64,000 bases of DNA from Candidatus Caldarchaeum sp. (GCA_038844785.1 JAWBRA010000003.1:1-64000); one strand, 5' to 3'. Shown: positions 28,586-38,247, numbered from the stretch's first letter. Translations and numbers: made by a program. The notes: a model not told the origin generated them from the sequence alone.

Positions 28586-29616
28586 CTAGGAGACGCGTTG
28601 AAGCCCTCCCCTCCAGACCGGTGGGTAGGTTGACCTCGGCATCACAACTCTTGTCACGTCAACGGCAACCCCCTCGGATGCGTTGACCATCTCCTCGCTG
28701 TCCATCAACGCCGTGCCGAAACCAACCAGCTCGCCTTTCAAGGTAAGCACGGCTACAAAGTCACCCTTGGCAACGCCTGTCTCAAGCTTGCTAACACCAG
28801 CAACCATCAAGTCCGCCCCATGGCAAACGGCGTCCACAGCAGTGTCCAAAATGTAAACCTTCGGAACAAGCCGGACACACTCCTCAACAGGTTGGACGAG
28901 GTTCTTCAAGGTTTCCTCACGGCCCGTCTCCCTGTAATCTGTCCAAGCCTCGTAGAGCTCGAGCAAAGTATGCGAATCATCCTCTGTGAAAGGCCCTGCA
29001 CGAGTTCTCCTAAGCTCCTCCATGTGCGCGCCGACGCCCAAGTATTCGCCGATGTCGTGGCACAGCTTTCTAATGTAGGTCCCGCCAGAACAGCCAACCT
29101 TAAACAAAACCTTACGCCCCTCCCTCTCAACCAACTCAATGTAGTAAACCGTTCTGATGCGGGGTTTTCTTGCGACAGCCGCTCTCACAGGCGGTACCTG
29201 GTATATCTCACCTGTGAAAAAATCGAATGCCTCAGCCAGACTGTCGTCGGAAACATCGCCGTGGAGCTCCATCAAGCAAACATATTCTTTCCCGCTGTGC
29301 ATCAAAGCCGCAGCCGCCTTCGTCCCCTCTCCAAGCATCAAGGGCAGGACGCCGGAGACAGCGGGATCTCCCCGAAAGCTTCTAGGGTCCCGCCGTGTCC
29401 AGCCTGGTTTATCTCCAGAATTTTTTTCACGATGTAAGCTACTTCATGGCTCGTCGGCCCCCTCTGCTTGTCCAAGTTAATAACACCGAGCCGAAGCAGT
29501 TCGTCCACACTCCTTTGATGAGGTGGTTTCCCGTAGCTAGGGTCTGTTTCGGCCTCGCGTCTAACAAGCATCTCCCGGCTAACGTTCCACGGAGGCTGGG
29601 ATTTCATATCTTTCAA
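28586..29616 (-). CDS. cbf5: H/ACA RNA-guided pseudouridine synthase Cbf5, split by a 14-nt intron; exons 29616-29382 and 29367-28586
   Basis: Removing 29368-29381 joins the two ORFs into a 338-aa protein with intact GHGGTLDPAVSGVL, GTYIRKL and PUA domain. Confidence 0.92.
29368..29381 (-). other. 14-nt BHB/BHL-type pre-mRNA intron in cbf5
   Basis: GCGGGA/TCCCGC outer helix, CCCT/GGGG central helix and AGA bulges; cutting AG^A in each bulge yields CTA GAT CCC. Confidence 0.85.
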
Positions 29617-29887
29617 CCATGTATTTCTCCAAACCAGCCGCCTTAATTGCTTTCAGAACATCCTCGTCGGAGGCGTTTTCAGGTATTTCGACCTTCTTAG
29701 GCGTCGGCACTATGTGTTTCATGTTCACACGCCTCCTCCGCAGGCCGGTCAACGACTTCGGACCAGTCAAAAGAACATAGCCGTCGTCAAACACAGCTAC
29801 AACCACTCCCTTGGCCCCCGCGTCTCTTCCCATGGTTTTGACGCAGATCCTGCCTATGAACTCTTTCGCAACCATTCCAGCAGGCAT
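29579..29887 (-). CDS. rpl14e: 50S ribosomal protein L14e
   Basis: IGRICVKTMGRDAG...TGPKSLTGLRRRRVN; start moved to ATG 29887. Confidence 0.93.
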   Translation of the reverse strand: MPAGMVAKEFIGRICVKTMGRDAGAKGVVVAVFDDGYVLLTGPKSLTGLRRRRVNMKHIVPTPKKVEIPENASDEDVLKAIKAAGLEKYMVERYEIPASVER

Positions 29888-29938
29888 GAAACGTCGAACA
29901 TCATTTATACATATATTTGGCTGAGGGCTAAGCGTTCT

Positions 29939-30535
29939 ATGGCTTCGAAGCCTGTCATCTGCCTCTCCGGCTTCGCCGCTGTAGGCAAATCCACCGTCGG
30001 AAAAACTCTCGCCAAAAGAATGCGGCTCAAGTATGTCTCTGGAGGCGATGCCTTGAAAGCCCTTGCTAAGGATATGGGGCTTAAGCCCACAGGTCGTGGA
30101 TGGTGGGAGTCTTCCAAAGGCCTTGAGTTCCTCAAAATCAGAAGCCGCGACCAATCCTTCGACAAGAAAGTTGACAGAAAGCTGCTTGAGCTTTGCAGGA
30201 CGGGGGGAGTAGTTGTGGACTCATGGGTTATGCCCTGGCTCTATAAAGGCAGGTCCTTCAACGTATGGCTCACCGCCGATAAAAAAAGACGTGCCGAAAG
30301 ACTGTCCAAGCGGAGCGGGATACCGGTGTCAAAGGCCTTCCGGCTATTGACCTTACGCGACCGCCAGAGCGCCGCCATATACAGAAAGCTTTACGGAATA
30401 AAGATGGGAGAAGATTTTCAGCCATTCCATCTAATAATAGACACTTCCAGCATGAATCCGTCGCAGGTTGTGGAGATAATCGAGAATGTAGCTGGACACT
30501 TTTTTAGGAGGAGCTCCACTCGGCGGCGACGGTGA
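29939..30535 (+). CDS. cmk: Cytidylate kinase (archaeal type)
   Basis: SGFAAVGKST P-loop, DKKVD and YRKLYGI motifs; start at ATG 29939; opposite strand to its neighbours. Confidence 0.88.
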   Translation: MASKPVICLSGFAAVGKSTVGKTLAKRMRLKYVSGGDALKALAKDMGLKPTGRGWWESSKGLEFLKIRSRDQSFDKKVDRKLLELCRTGGVVVDSWVMPWLYKGRSFNVWLTADKKRRAERLSKRSGIPVSKAFRLLTLRDRQSAAIYRKLYGIKMGEDFQPFHLIIDTSSMNPSQVVEIIENVAGHFFRRSSTRRRR

Positions 30536-30764
30536 CTATCCTTTCAGCCAGGCATGAAGCGCATACCACGCCTCCGAACATCCGGGAAACAGTCTTTGAC
30601 GAAAGGCTTCCCCGCCTGTTTGACACAACGCCATGGATTGTACGGCCGCAGTAGCAACAACGTGGCTTGCCCGGCATGCTCTCGCGGAAAAAGAGTTTAA
30701 CTCTGCCGCCAGGAGTTCTAACCGCTATCCTTTTCCTGCTTCTTGTCCTGAGGCTTCTTCTCAA
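30504..30764 (-). CDS. rpl34e: 50S ribosomal protein L34e
   Basis: VRTPGGR, CCYC and RMFGGVVCASC; start codon uncertain (TTG 30764 assumed). Confidence 0.9.
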   Translation of the reverse strand: MRRSLRTRSRKRIAVRTPGGRVKLFFRESMPGKPRCCYCGRTIHGVVSNRRGSLSSKTVSRMFGGVVCASCLAERIVTVAAEWSSS

Positions 30765-31230
30765 CTTCCGACACCCCCACACCTGTAAAGCTGATCCCCA
30801 TAAGCTTTGAGATGGGAGAGCCTACACCGAAAAACGATAGGATGAACCAGCCATAAAACCTTATCTCACCGTTTTGGGAGATGAACGGTATCTCAAGCCC
30901 CGCCGGCATAAACCCTATCACATCGTTTCCAAAATATCCTGCCAGAACGGGGTAAACTGTGAAGAATATCATGAGGCTGGCGAACATGGTCATCAGGTTT
31001 TTCTTGCTTATCTCCGCGTTCAGCTTCTGAATGTAATCCTTCTTTTTCTGAAGCTTCTGCAGGGTCTTCTGGTCTTTTTTACGCGTGGCAGCCATAAACT
31101 CCCTGTTGAAAGCCTGTATCTCAGCCATCTTAGCCAAATCCTCCTTCTTGAATATCAAGCGTCTAATAGCTGTCGTAGCGGCTGATATTGCCGCAGCCAA
31201 CCCAGCGATTAACACCATCTCAGAAAACAT
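30718..31230 (-). CDS. DUF106 (EMC3/TMCO1/Oxa1-superfamily) membrane protein
   Basis: TM, coiled coil, TM, then GWFILSF motif; conserved position after secY. Confidence 0.85.
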   Translation of the reverse strand: MFSEMVLIAGLAAAISAATTAIRRLIFKKEDLAKMAEIQAFNREFMAATRKKDQKTLQKLQKKKDYIQKLNAEISKKNLMTMFASLMIFFTVYPVLAGYFGNDVIGFMPAGLEIPFISQNGEIRFYGWFILSFFGVGSPISKLMGISFTGVGVSEVEKKPQDKKQEKDSG

Positions 31231-31231
31231 G

Positions 31232-32665
31232 CTACTCCTCTCCTAGGAAGCGGCCCAGCATGGGATACATCTCAGAAAGCCTCTCCCTCACCAGTATTTG
31301 ATAGTATTGGTGGAGAATCCCTATCATAAGCAGCAGCCCTATGCCGGAGCCGAAAACGTTCAGATAATCTGCTACGCTGGCTACCACACCTATTATCAAG
31401 CCTCCTACGATGGTGACTGTGGAGATGTATTTTCCGATGACGCTTGCTATGATGGTTGGAGACCTTCGGAAGCCGGGCACCTGCATGCCTGCGCTTATAA
31501 GCTGCTCAGCCACCTTCTCAGGTCCGAGACCTCCTATTTGAACCCAGAACTTGGCGAACAGGACGGCGAAGGTTATCAGCAGTGCCGCGTGGACTACCGC
31601 TCTCACAGGGTCGTGCAGAACGTTTGTAAGCCCGCGCGGGCCTATGACGTAGTACGCCAGCCCGCCCGTTGGGATGAGAGTGCCCACGTTCTGGTCGTAG
31701 ACATATGTTCCTATGAGGTTGAGGAAGAAGTTCTCGTTGTTGGGGTTGAACCTGCTCCAGACCAGCGAGCCTAGGTAGAAGATGTTGCTGAAGATTGTTG
31801 TCGCGAAGATTATCGGGACGTTGGAGACGTAAAGCAGCTTGACAGGGTATTTGGCACGGTATCCTTGGAACCTTGCGTAGGAGATGGGTATCTCAACCCT
31901 AACCGCTTCGATGTAAATCAGGGCGAGTATGAGGAAAATAGTAGAGAGAAGCCCTACTATGTCTGGGTAGCCTCCCCGCCTTATGAATGCCTCCGATATC
32001 CTGCCGGTCAACATCGTCTGGACAATGGCTGGAATTATTCCCTGATAAATTCCATCGGCCAGTATTATCGGGGATATAAGCGAGACAAACACCTCTTCGG
32101 CGACGCCCGCCACTATGAAAAGGCTTATCCCACTGCCCAGCCCCCACCCCTTCTGCACAAGCTCGTCAAGCAGAATTATCAGAATAGTCGCCATCACAAG
32201 CTGTATGAATATGAGGGTGTTTTGAGTGGGTGTTGTGGCTCCGAAGAAACCTGCGTAAACGTAGGCGGCTCCCTGAAATAATGTTATGACTATGGCGAGG
32301 AATTTGCTGGCCGAAGTGAATAACGCTCTGTCCTCGCTTTTCTTCAGGTCTAGCCTTATCAGCTCGGCGCCCACGAGAAGCTGGAGTATGAGCCCGGCGG
32401 TGACTATCGGGCCTATGCCGAGAGTTATGAGGGTTCCCTGTTTCTGGGCGAACACTATGTTGAGGAGCACTGGGCTCTGACCACCTTGGGGTGTTGAAGG
32501 AAGGCCGTAGAGAAAGGTGTGACCCATCCATACATAGACAACCAAAGCTAGAGCCGTCCAAGCAAGTTTCTCAGTCAAACCAACCTTTCTTCCAGGCTTC
32601 TTAATCTCCGGCAGTATGCGTGAGACTTTTTCAAAAAAAGTTCTGACAGATGATTGCTCGCTCAT
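31232..32665 (-). CDS. secY: Preprotein translocase subunit SecY
   Basis: LGIGPIVTAG, WGLGSGISLFI, YPVKLLYVSNVP and VPGFRRS motifs. Confidence 0.97.
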   Translation of the reverse strand: MSEQSSVRTFFEKVSRILPEIKKPGRKVGLTEKLAWTALALVVYVWMGHTFLYGLPSTPQGGQSPVLLNIVFAQKQGTLITLGIGPIVTAGLILQLLVGAELIRLDLKKSEDRALFTSASKFLAIVITLFQGAAYVYAGFFGATTPTQNTLIFIQLVMATILIILLDELVQKGWGLGSGISLFIVAGVAEEVFVSLISPIILADGIYQGIIPAIVQTMLTGRISEAFIRRGGYPDIVGLLSTIFLILALIYIEAVRVEIPISYARFQGYRAKYPVKLLYVSNVPIIFATTIFSNIFYLGSLVWSRFNPNNENFFLNLIGTYVYDQNVGTLIPTGGLAYYVIGPRGLTNVLHDPVRAVVHAALLITFAVLFAKFWVQIGGLGPEKVAEQLISAGMQVPGFRRSPTIIASVIGKYISTVTIVGGLIIGVVASVADYLNVFGSGIGLLLMIGILHQYYQILVRERLSEMYPMLGRFLGEE

Positions 32666-33075
32666 GCTGGCTTGACCTCTCCTGGTCTGACAAGCTTCCC
32701 GCCTGCTTTTTCAATTTTCTCAGCTGCTTTTCTGCTCCACTGCTCCACTATTACCGTCAAGGGTTTGAAAAGCTTTCCGCCGCCGAGCAGCTTTTTGAAA
32801 CCTAGCTCATGAAGGTTGACGGTGTCGGACCCAGATTTTTCGGCGTACTCGGAAACCTGAACCAGGTTAACCGTCTTCTTCTCAATCCTTTTGACAGGCG
32901 TAAAACCATGCTCTCCAAAGTAGTCGGTTTTCACGAGTTTTGTCCACTTATGCTTATGGCCTCCAGCCATTCCCCTTCCACCTTTTGCACCGGTTTTCCT
33001 ATGCTGTCCTATCTGACCCCATCCATGAGTTCTGGAGCCTCGGAGCTTCCGAACTTTCCTCAGCCTAGTGGGCAT
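32662..33075 (-). CDS. rpl15: 50S ribosomal protein uL15
   Basis: RGSRTHGWG...GGRGMAG; KIEKAGG. Confidence 0.95.
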   Translation of the reverse strand: MPTRLRKVRKLRGSRTHGWGQIGQHRKTGAKGGRGMAGGHKHKWTKLVKTDYFGEHGFTPVKRIEKKTVNLVQVSEYAEKSGSDTVNLHELGFKKLLGGGKLFKPLTVIVEQWSRKAAEKIEKAGGKLVRPGEVKPA

Positions 33076-33138
33076 CTAACCACCTTTGTATCTAAGCTGT
33101 GGAATCTAACCCCGGGTTTGTTAATAAGTGTTTTTCAG

Positions 33139-33552
33139 CTAAAGCATCTTTCTCAGCAGCTCGTTAATGTCTTCTCCCCTGTCACCGTACTCCCCGCCCG
33201 ACTTAAAGGACCTTTTTACTGAGTTTCTGAAACCTTTTCTGGGAGGTCTTAACCTGATGAGCAGCGGTTTGGGAAGACTCGCCTCGCCTCTTTCAAGAGC
33301 TTCGGAAAGCTTCTCCGCGTCTTCAGAAACGTATCCAGCTCTTATGAGGAAGGTGAAGATAGTCTGTTTGTTGGGCTTGCCCCAAGTCAGGTATCTTTGG
33401 GCCTTCTTCAGCATGCCTTCAACGCTTGGTGAAAGAGGGTAGAGACCTGCTGTGAAGGCTTTAGACAGCTTCAACGATTCAATAGTTTTTCTTGTGTCGG
33501 GGTCCATGCCCACGCTTCCCTTCAGCCTCACGGCAACCACGACACCATCCAT
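33139..33552 (-). CDS. rpl30: 50S ribosomal protein uL30
   Basis: VAVRLKG, YLTWG, RLRPPRKG and INELLRKM motifs; start moved to ATG 33552. Confidence 0.92.
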   Translation of the reverse strand: MDGVVVAVRLKGSVGMDPDTRKTIESLKLSKAFTAGLYPLSPSVEGMLKKAQRYLTWGKPNKQTIFTFLIRAGYVSEDAEKLSEALERGEASLPKPLLIRLRPPRKGFRNSVKRSFKSGGEYGDRGEDINELLRKML

Positions 33553-33554
33553 CT

Positions 33555-34178
33555 CTAAACAGCCCCCCACAAATCCTGTAGAACGATTTTGTTGGTCTGT
33601 TTGAGGGCTTGGTAGGTTGCTCCTATGACTGACAGCGAGGTACGTGTCTCCCCGAAGCTTCTCGTCCAACAGTCTTTTATTCCAGCGAGCGCTAGAACAA
33701 CTTTCTGAGCCTCGCCTGCGACAAGCCCGAGACCCCTGGGGCCGGGTAGGACCTGAACCCGAACGCTTCCGTATTTTCCCTCAGTTTTAACCAGCAGGCT
33801 GTGGGGTTCTCCGCATGCACACTCCCAGCTTCCGCATCCTCTTCGGACGGGTATGAGGTTTAGCTTCGCATTCCTTATTGCTTTCTCGATGGCTAAGACA
33901 ACCTGTGGAGATTTTCCGGTTCCGATGCCGACGTAGCCGTCCCTGTTGCCTACGACTATCAAGGCCTTAAACCTTGTTTTCTCACCCGCGTCTGTCTGCC
34001 GTTGGACGAGCTTAACGTCTATGACTTCCTGCTCCAGATTTGGCAGCAGTCTATCCACTATCTCAGGCTCCAGTATCCTAGCATGGGTTTGGAAAACCTG
34101 GTCAATCGAAGTTATCTTCCCCTCCTCCACCAGCCTACCCAGCAGGGTTTTAGGCCTCCATTCGCTCATTTCCTCCAC
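33555..34178 (-). CDS. rps5: 30S ribosomal protein uS5
   Basis: WRPKTLLG, QRQTDAG and RRGCGSWECACG motifs. Confidence 0.96.
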   Translation of the reverse strand: MEEMSEWRPKTLLGRLVEEGKITSIDQVFQTHARILEPEIVDRLLPNLEQEVIDVKLVQRQTDAGEKTRFKALIVVGNRDGYVGIGTGKSPQVVLAIEKAIRNAKLNLIPVRRGCGSWECACGEPHSLLVKTEGKYGSVRVQVLPGPRGLGLVAGEAQKVVLALAGIKDCWTRSFGETRTSLSVIGATYQALKQTNKIVLQDLWGAV

Positions 34179-34743
34179 CTCTCAAGATTTTTTCCTTAAC
34201 AAGCATGACGTTGGAAGCTAGGTTTCGTAGATATTCTCCGTCAGACTCGCAGAACTGTGTTACGCCTGGTGTTTGAACCGTTGAGAGATAGTAACTGGTT
34301 ATGTGTTTTCCAACCAGCCTTTCCTCGTCGGGCAACATCTCCTCCGAGGCTGGAACCTCCATGCCTGCGTCTAGAACACCTTTGACGACGGCGTAGAGAC
34401 GCGAGCCTTTAACCGACCTTTGGACACCTATGTCCAAAATGGCTTTTTTAAACCCGTTTTCCAAGGCTTTCTTACCGAGCAGCAACCCTGTCAGATAGGC
34501 TGCCGGGGTTGATTTGAAAGAGGCTCTCCAGCCATAGTGGACGAGAACGTCGGATGTGACAGTTAGCAGAGTCTCATCTCCTCCTAGCTTTGATTTCACA
34601 AGCTGGACTATGAGCCGTCTGTTTGTACGTCTGACGACCAGCCTTTCGAGGCCTGATTTCACCAGCTTGAGTCTTTTCCTGTAGTCGGTTCTCCCCTCCC
34701 TTCTTCTCCTCGGCTTCATCCTCTTCAACATGTAAGCTGTCAT
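34150..34743 (-). CDS. rpl18: 50S ribosomal protein uL18
   Basis: RRRREGRTDYRKRL and PAAYLTGLL motifs. Confidence 0.96.
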   Translation of the reverse strand: MTAYMLKRMKPRRRREGRTDYRKRLKLVKSGLERLVVRRTNRRLIVQLVKSKLGGDETLLTVTSDVLVHYGWRASFKSTPAAYLTGLLLGKKALENGFKKAILDIGVQRSVKGSRLYAVVKGVLDAGMEVPASEEMLPDEERLVGKHITSYYLSTVQTPGVTQFCESDGEYLRNLASNVMLVKEKILRGGGNERMEA

Positions 34744-35177
34744 CCTACCACCCTCTTCAACAACCCCCTGGCTTTGATGAATTCCCTTAGAGATGCAACG
34801 GACTTGAAGTTGCCCGCTTTGACGTAGGCGTAGAGCTGGCGGTAGTCGCTACTTTCTAGCTGTCCTTGGTCACGTAACTTTTTCAAAAACCTACGCTGAG
34901 CCCTAACCCTGCGCATCCACTGTAGTTTACGCGGGATAATCGAGTATTTTGCCCCCTCCCTGCTTCCTGGGCCGCGTCTGCGTCTCTCTCTAACCCGGGC
35001 TCTGCTGACGCCTTTTGAGGGAAGTTTCTGTATGGCACCGTCTCTTATCAACTGTTTAATCTCGGCGCGTGTTATGGCGGACTCTATCTCGTCAAGCCTT
35101 TCGGGGTCGAACCTGACCCTTGACACGCCGCATTTCATCAACTCCGCTGCAATCCTCTTCTGAAACTCTAAGGTCAT
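34740..35177 (-). CDS. rpl19e: 50S ribosomal protein L19e
   Basis: QKRIAAELMKCG and GPGSREG motifs. Confidence 0.95.
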   Translation of the reverse strand: MTLEFQKRIAAELMKCGVSRVRFDPERLDEIESAITRAEIKQLIRDGAIQKLPSKGVSRARVRERRRRGPGSREGAKYSIIPRKLQWMRRVRAQRRFLKKLRDQGQLESSDYRQLYAYVKAGNFKSVASLREFIKARGLLKRVVG

Positions 35178-35569
35178 GGACTAGCCGCCTCCTGTCTGAC
35201 GGGCGGGTTCAAAACTTTAAACCCTTTGCCAACGGCCAGCTGGTACAGCAACAGCTTTTTTCTCCTCCCAAGCTTAGAGGACAGCCTGACTGCATCTTTT
35301 TCCGGCGAGAGTTTCTCTAGCTGAGATGCCTCCGTCACAAGAACGTCTCTGTAGCCCGATGGATGGATGCCTCTGTATGTGGCTGGGCTTCCGTAGCCTA
35401 TCTTGACAAGCGGAGGCGAGCCGCTTTTCTGCAGCCTCATCCTACTGTCTTTCCCCCTGGGTCTTCTGTAGCCGGTCTGGAGCCTGACATAGCGCCAGCT
35501 CTCCTGCCTCACGAATTTTGGCGTAGCTGTTCTTTTTTTAAGAATTATACGCGGCAGCATTTTCATCAC
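35174..35569 (-). CDS. rpl32e: 50S ribosomal protein L32e
   Basis: PKFVRQESW, RRPRGKDS and RGIHPSG motifs. Confidence 0.95.
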   Translation of the reverse strand: MMKMLPRIILKKRTATPKFVRQESWRYVRLQTGYRRPRGKDSRMRLQKSGSPPLVKIGYGSPATYRGIHPSGYRDVLVTEASQLEKLSPEKDAVRLSSKLGRRKKLLLYQLAVGKGFKVLNPPVRQEAASP

Positions 35570-36108
35570 ATTCCTACCTTCTTCTCCATCACGTATATCC
35601 CGTCGAGAAACTTTCGCGGGTCTTTCCGGCTTATCTTCGTAGCGTTTTCGATGTTGGCTGCTGTTTGGCCCACGCTCTCCTTGTCAACACCAGTGATGAT
35701 TATCTCGTCGCCTTTGACGGAAACACTGACGTCGCCAACTATCGAAGCTCTTCTACTATATCTCTCTCCAATGAAGTTTGAAATAACAACCTCTCTTCCA
35801 ACAACCTTCACGGTTATGGGGAAGTGAGATGACACAACCTTCATTCTGTAGGTATAGCCTTTTGAGACGCCTTCGACTGCGTTGCGGATGATGGAAAGTA
35901 CAGTCCCGAGAAGGGCTTTAGATTTACGGGACCCGCCAGGTATCTTAACATCAACCTTGTTATCGCTGATTTTTATCTCTGCGGGTATGTGGCGAAGGTC
36001 TTTGACAACACGGCCCTTCTGCCCCTCCACCACCAGAACCCCTGAGTCGAAGCTGACGGAGACTTTTTCAGGAATTGTATAGGATGCCTCAACCATTTTA
36101 GTAGACAT
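35566..36108 (-). CDS. rpl6: 50S ribosomal protein uL6
   Basis: HFPITV, NFIGE and KDPRKFLDGIY motifs; start moved to ATG 36108. Confidence 0.95.
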   Translation of the reverse strand: MSTKMVEASYTIPEKVSVSFDSGVLVVEGQKGRVVKDLRHIPAEIKISDNKVDVKIPGGSRKSKALLGTVLSIIRNAVEGVSKGYTYRMKVVSSHFPITVKVVGREVVISNFIGERYSRRASIVGDVSVSVKGDEIIITGVDKESVGQTAANIENATKISRKDPRKFLDGIYVMEKKVGM

Positions 36109-36481
36109 ATCCCAGCAACCTCCCTCCCGTGTGAATTTTTTTGGCCTCGTCATGGGACATAATTCCTTTTGGCGTCGTCACGACAAGTACGCCGACACCT
36201 CTTCCAGGCAGATAACGTTGCTCGAAGAACTCGTACTGGTCGGCTTTAACGTTAAACCTCGGCCTTATGGGTGCAGACTTGTTGACACGCCCCAGCAGCT
36301 GCACTTTGAAAAGGCCGCCACGGCCGTTCTCTATGTACTCGAACGCGCCTATGTAACCTTTCCTTTGCAAAACCTTCAGTATCTCTCCAACAAGCTTCGA
36401 GGCCTTGACGATGCATTCGTGGTTACGAACCATTTCGTTGTTTTGAATTGTTGTGAACAACGCTGAAACAAGGTCTGTCAT
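36098..36481 (-). CDS. rps8: 30S ribosomal protein uS8
   Basis: GYIGAFEY and TTPKGIMSH...GGRLLGYVY motifs. Confidence 0.96.
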   Translation of the reverse strand: MTDLVSALFTTIQNNEMVRNHECIVKASKLVGEILKVLQRKGYIGAFEYIENGRGGLFKVQLLGRVNKSAPIRPRFNVKADQYEFFEQRYLPGRGVGVLVVTTPKGIMSHDEAKKIHTGGRLLGYVY

Positions 36482-36491
36482 AAGAGATCAC

Positions 36492-36653
36492 CTAATCATA
36501 AACTTTGAACCCAAGCTTAGGGCCAATTTCGTTTATGCATCTTCTACAAATGTACAATCCATATTTTCTTATTACCCCAACGCTTGTTCCGCATCTTCTG
36601 CAGACGTGCACCCCTTTGCCGAACTTTCTTTGCTTCGGTGGTTTATGCTTCAT
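36492..36653 (-). CDS. rps14: 30S ribosomal protein uS14 (not in ORF track)
   Basis: Translated by hand: MKHKPPKQRKFGKGVHVCRRCG...IRKYGLYICRRC...LGFKVYD, 53 aa, between rpl5 and rps8. Confidence 0.95.
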   Translation of the reverse strand: MKHKPPKQRKFGKGVHVCRRCGTSVGVIRKYGLYICRRCINEIGPKLGFKVYD

Positions 36654-37183
36654 TCCTCAACCACCGTAACTCCCAGCGACTTGACAAACTCCATGGCCTC
36701 ATCACGCGTGACTAGCTGGCGTTTCCCTATTTTAGCCCGTCGGTAAGCTCTCTTAGCCACCCGGTAGCCTGGTTTTGTCAAGTGAACCGTCACGTCCATA
36801 CCTATAATTCCCAGCTCGGGGTCGTAGCGTGTTCCGGGGATGTCCAAGTGCTCTTTTATTCCGAAGGATACGTTGCCGTACTGGTCGAAGCTTGAAGCTT
36901 TCAGAGTGTTGTTTACGGCTGAAAGAGCTCTTCTGAGAAAATCAACAGCCGCCTGCTTCCGCAGTGTTACGCGTAAGGCTATTGGCTCTCCTTTGTGGAT
37001 GCCGAACCCTCTAATCGTCTTCCTCGCCTTCCTAACCTCAGGTTTCTGACCAACCAATGCTTCGAGGATTTTCTGTGCTCTCTCAAGCCGTACACCCCCC
37101 TCACCCACGCTGCAGTTGACGACGACCTTTTCAATATGGGGCCTTTGCATGATGTTTTTGACGGCTATGGCAGCGTTATCCAT
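36650..37183 (-). CDS. rpl5: 50S ribosomal protein uL5
   Basis: IEKVVVNCSVGE and FDQYGNVSFGIKEH motifs. Confidence 0.96.
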   Translation of the reverse strand: MDNAAIAVKNIMQRPHIEKVVVNCSVGEGGVRLERAQKILEALVGQKPEVRKARKTIRGFGIHKGEPIALRVTLRKQAAVDFLRRALSAVNNTLKASSFDQYGNVSFGIKEHLDIPGTRYDPELGIIGMDVTVHLTKPGYRVAKRAYRRAKIGKRQLVTRDEAMEFVKSLGVTVVEE

Positions 37184-37881
37184 GGTTTCTCCACACCTAT
37201 GGGCATGATGTTCTTCAACAGCGTGGTCACGGTTCCCTCGCTTGTCTCAACAGAGGCTGTGGGCTTGTCTGGAAACGTCACCTCCTTCCTAATCTTCAAC
37301 ACTCTGCCGTGTAGTCCCGCCCTCGAGCCTGAATGAATGTATCCATAAACTCCCAGTTCGAATGAGGCGGCTTCCAAAATCCTTTGGTCTGGAAGGGAGA
37401 TCTTGACGCCGTCGAGTATCTTATACGCACGTCCTTTATCCACGTCTTCGCCGCGGAAAAGTATTGTTCTTCCGTCGTGTAATCCCAGGGTCAACCCACC
37501 TCCTTTTACGTGGTTCTTCCTCAGTACTTGACATACCTTGAACCCGGATTCTTCGCCTGTTATCTTGAACAGGCTTACGCCTTTACCAACCTTTATCAAC
37601 ACTCTGTAATGCTCTCCGACTTCGGGGATTGAAAGAACATCCATAAGCCCCAGGGGAAAACGCGGATCCTTAACAGCTCTTCCGTCGACGTAGAACTTAC
37701 AGGCTTTTATGAGCTTTCTCGCCGTTGCCCCGTCATCAGCGTATCCAAGCATGTCTCTGACGGCTATCAACAATGGTATTGACTTGTTTTTGGGATGCGG
37801 CCCGGGTCTTGGGCTTACTGTGAAAACCGTCGGTTTTTTGGGAAAGTGTCGGGGTGCGGCGAGAGATTTCAAATGTGTCAT
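37165..37881 (-). CDS. rps4e: 30S ribosomal protein S4e
   Basis: HLKSLAAP, PRPGPH, FPLGLMDV and HDGRTI motifs. Confidence 0.95.
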   Translation of the reverse strand: MTHLKSLAAPRHFPKKPTVFTVSPRPGPHPKNKSIPLLIAVRDMLGYADDGATARKLIKACKFYVDGRAVKDPRFPLGLMDVLSIPEVGEHYRVLIKVGKGVSLFKITGEESGFKVCQVLRKNHVKGGGLTLGLHDGRTILFRGEDVDKGRAYKILDGVKISLPDQRILEAASFELGVYGYIHSGSRAGLHGRVLKIRKEVTFPDKPTASVETSEGTVTTLLKNIMPIGVEKPWITLP

Positions 37882-38237
37882 GCAGCCTTCGCCTCCAGCT
37901 TTTCTTTCCTATATTTGTCGTCTAAGTTGAGCTGGGTCAGCATCACGTTGGGCACCCGTATCGGTACGTCAACTGTGGAGCCGTCGGCCTTTTTACGAGA
38001 GACGTTCTCTACGTAAACCATCTGACGTCTTAGGTCTACTCTCTTAACCTTTCCCTCAACACCTTTAAAGCTTCCTTTCAAAATCTTCACAGTATCTCCA
38101 ACCCTAAGCGGGAGAGATCGTCTGCCATACTTTTCTCTAAGGCTCGGTGAGAGATGCGCGGACATGAATTTCTTCAGAATGTGTATTGGTGCGTTAAACC
38201 GTTTGAAACGCTGTTTACGTGGTTTACGTGACGGCAT
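37878..38237 (-). CDS. rpl24: 50S ribosomal protein uL24
   Basis: PRKQR...NAP.H and KOW motif GDTVKILKG. Confidence 0.95.
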   Translation of the reverse strand: MPSRKPRKQRFKRFNAPIHILKKFMSAHLSPSLREKYGRRSLPLRVGDTVKILKGSFKGVEGKVKRVDLRRQMVYVENVSRKKADGSTVDVPIRVPNVMLTQLNLDDKYRKEKLEAKAA

Positions 38238-38247
38238 TATCCACACC

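Noticed and set aside
28586-29616. cbf5 as a frameshifted pseudogene
   Set aside because: The 14-nt insert sits at the known intron codon and forms a BHB-like structure, so splicing explains it better.
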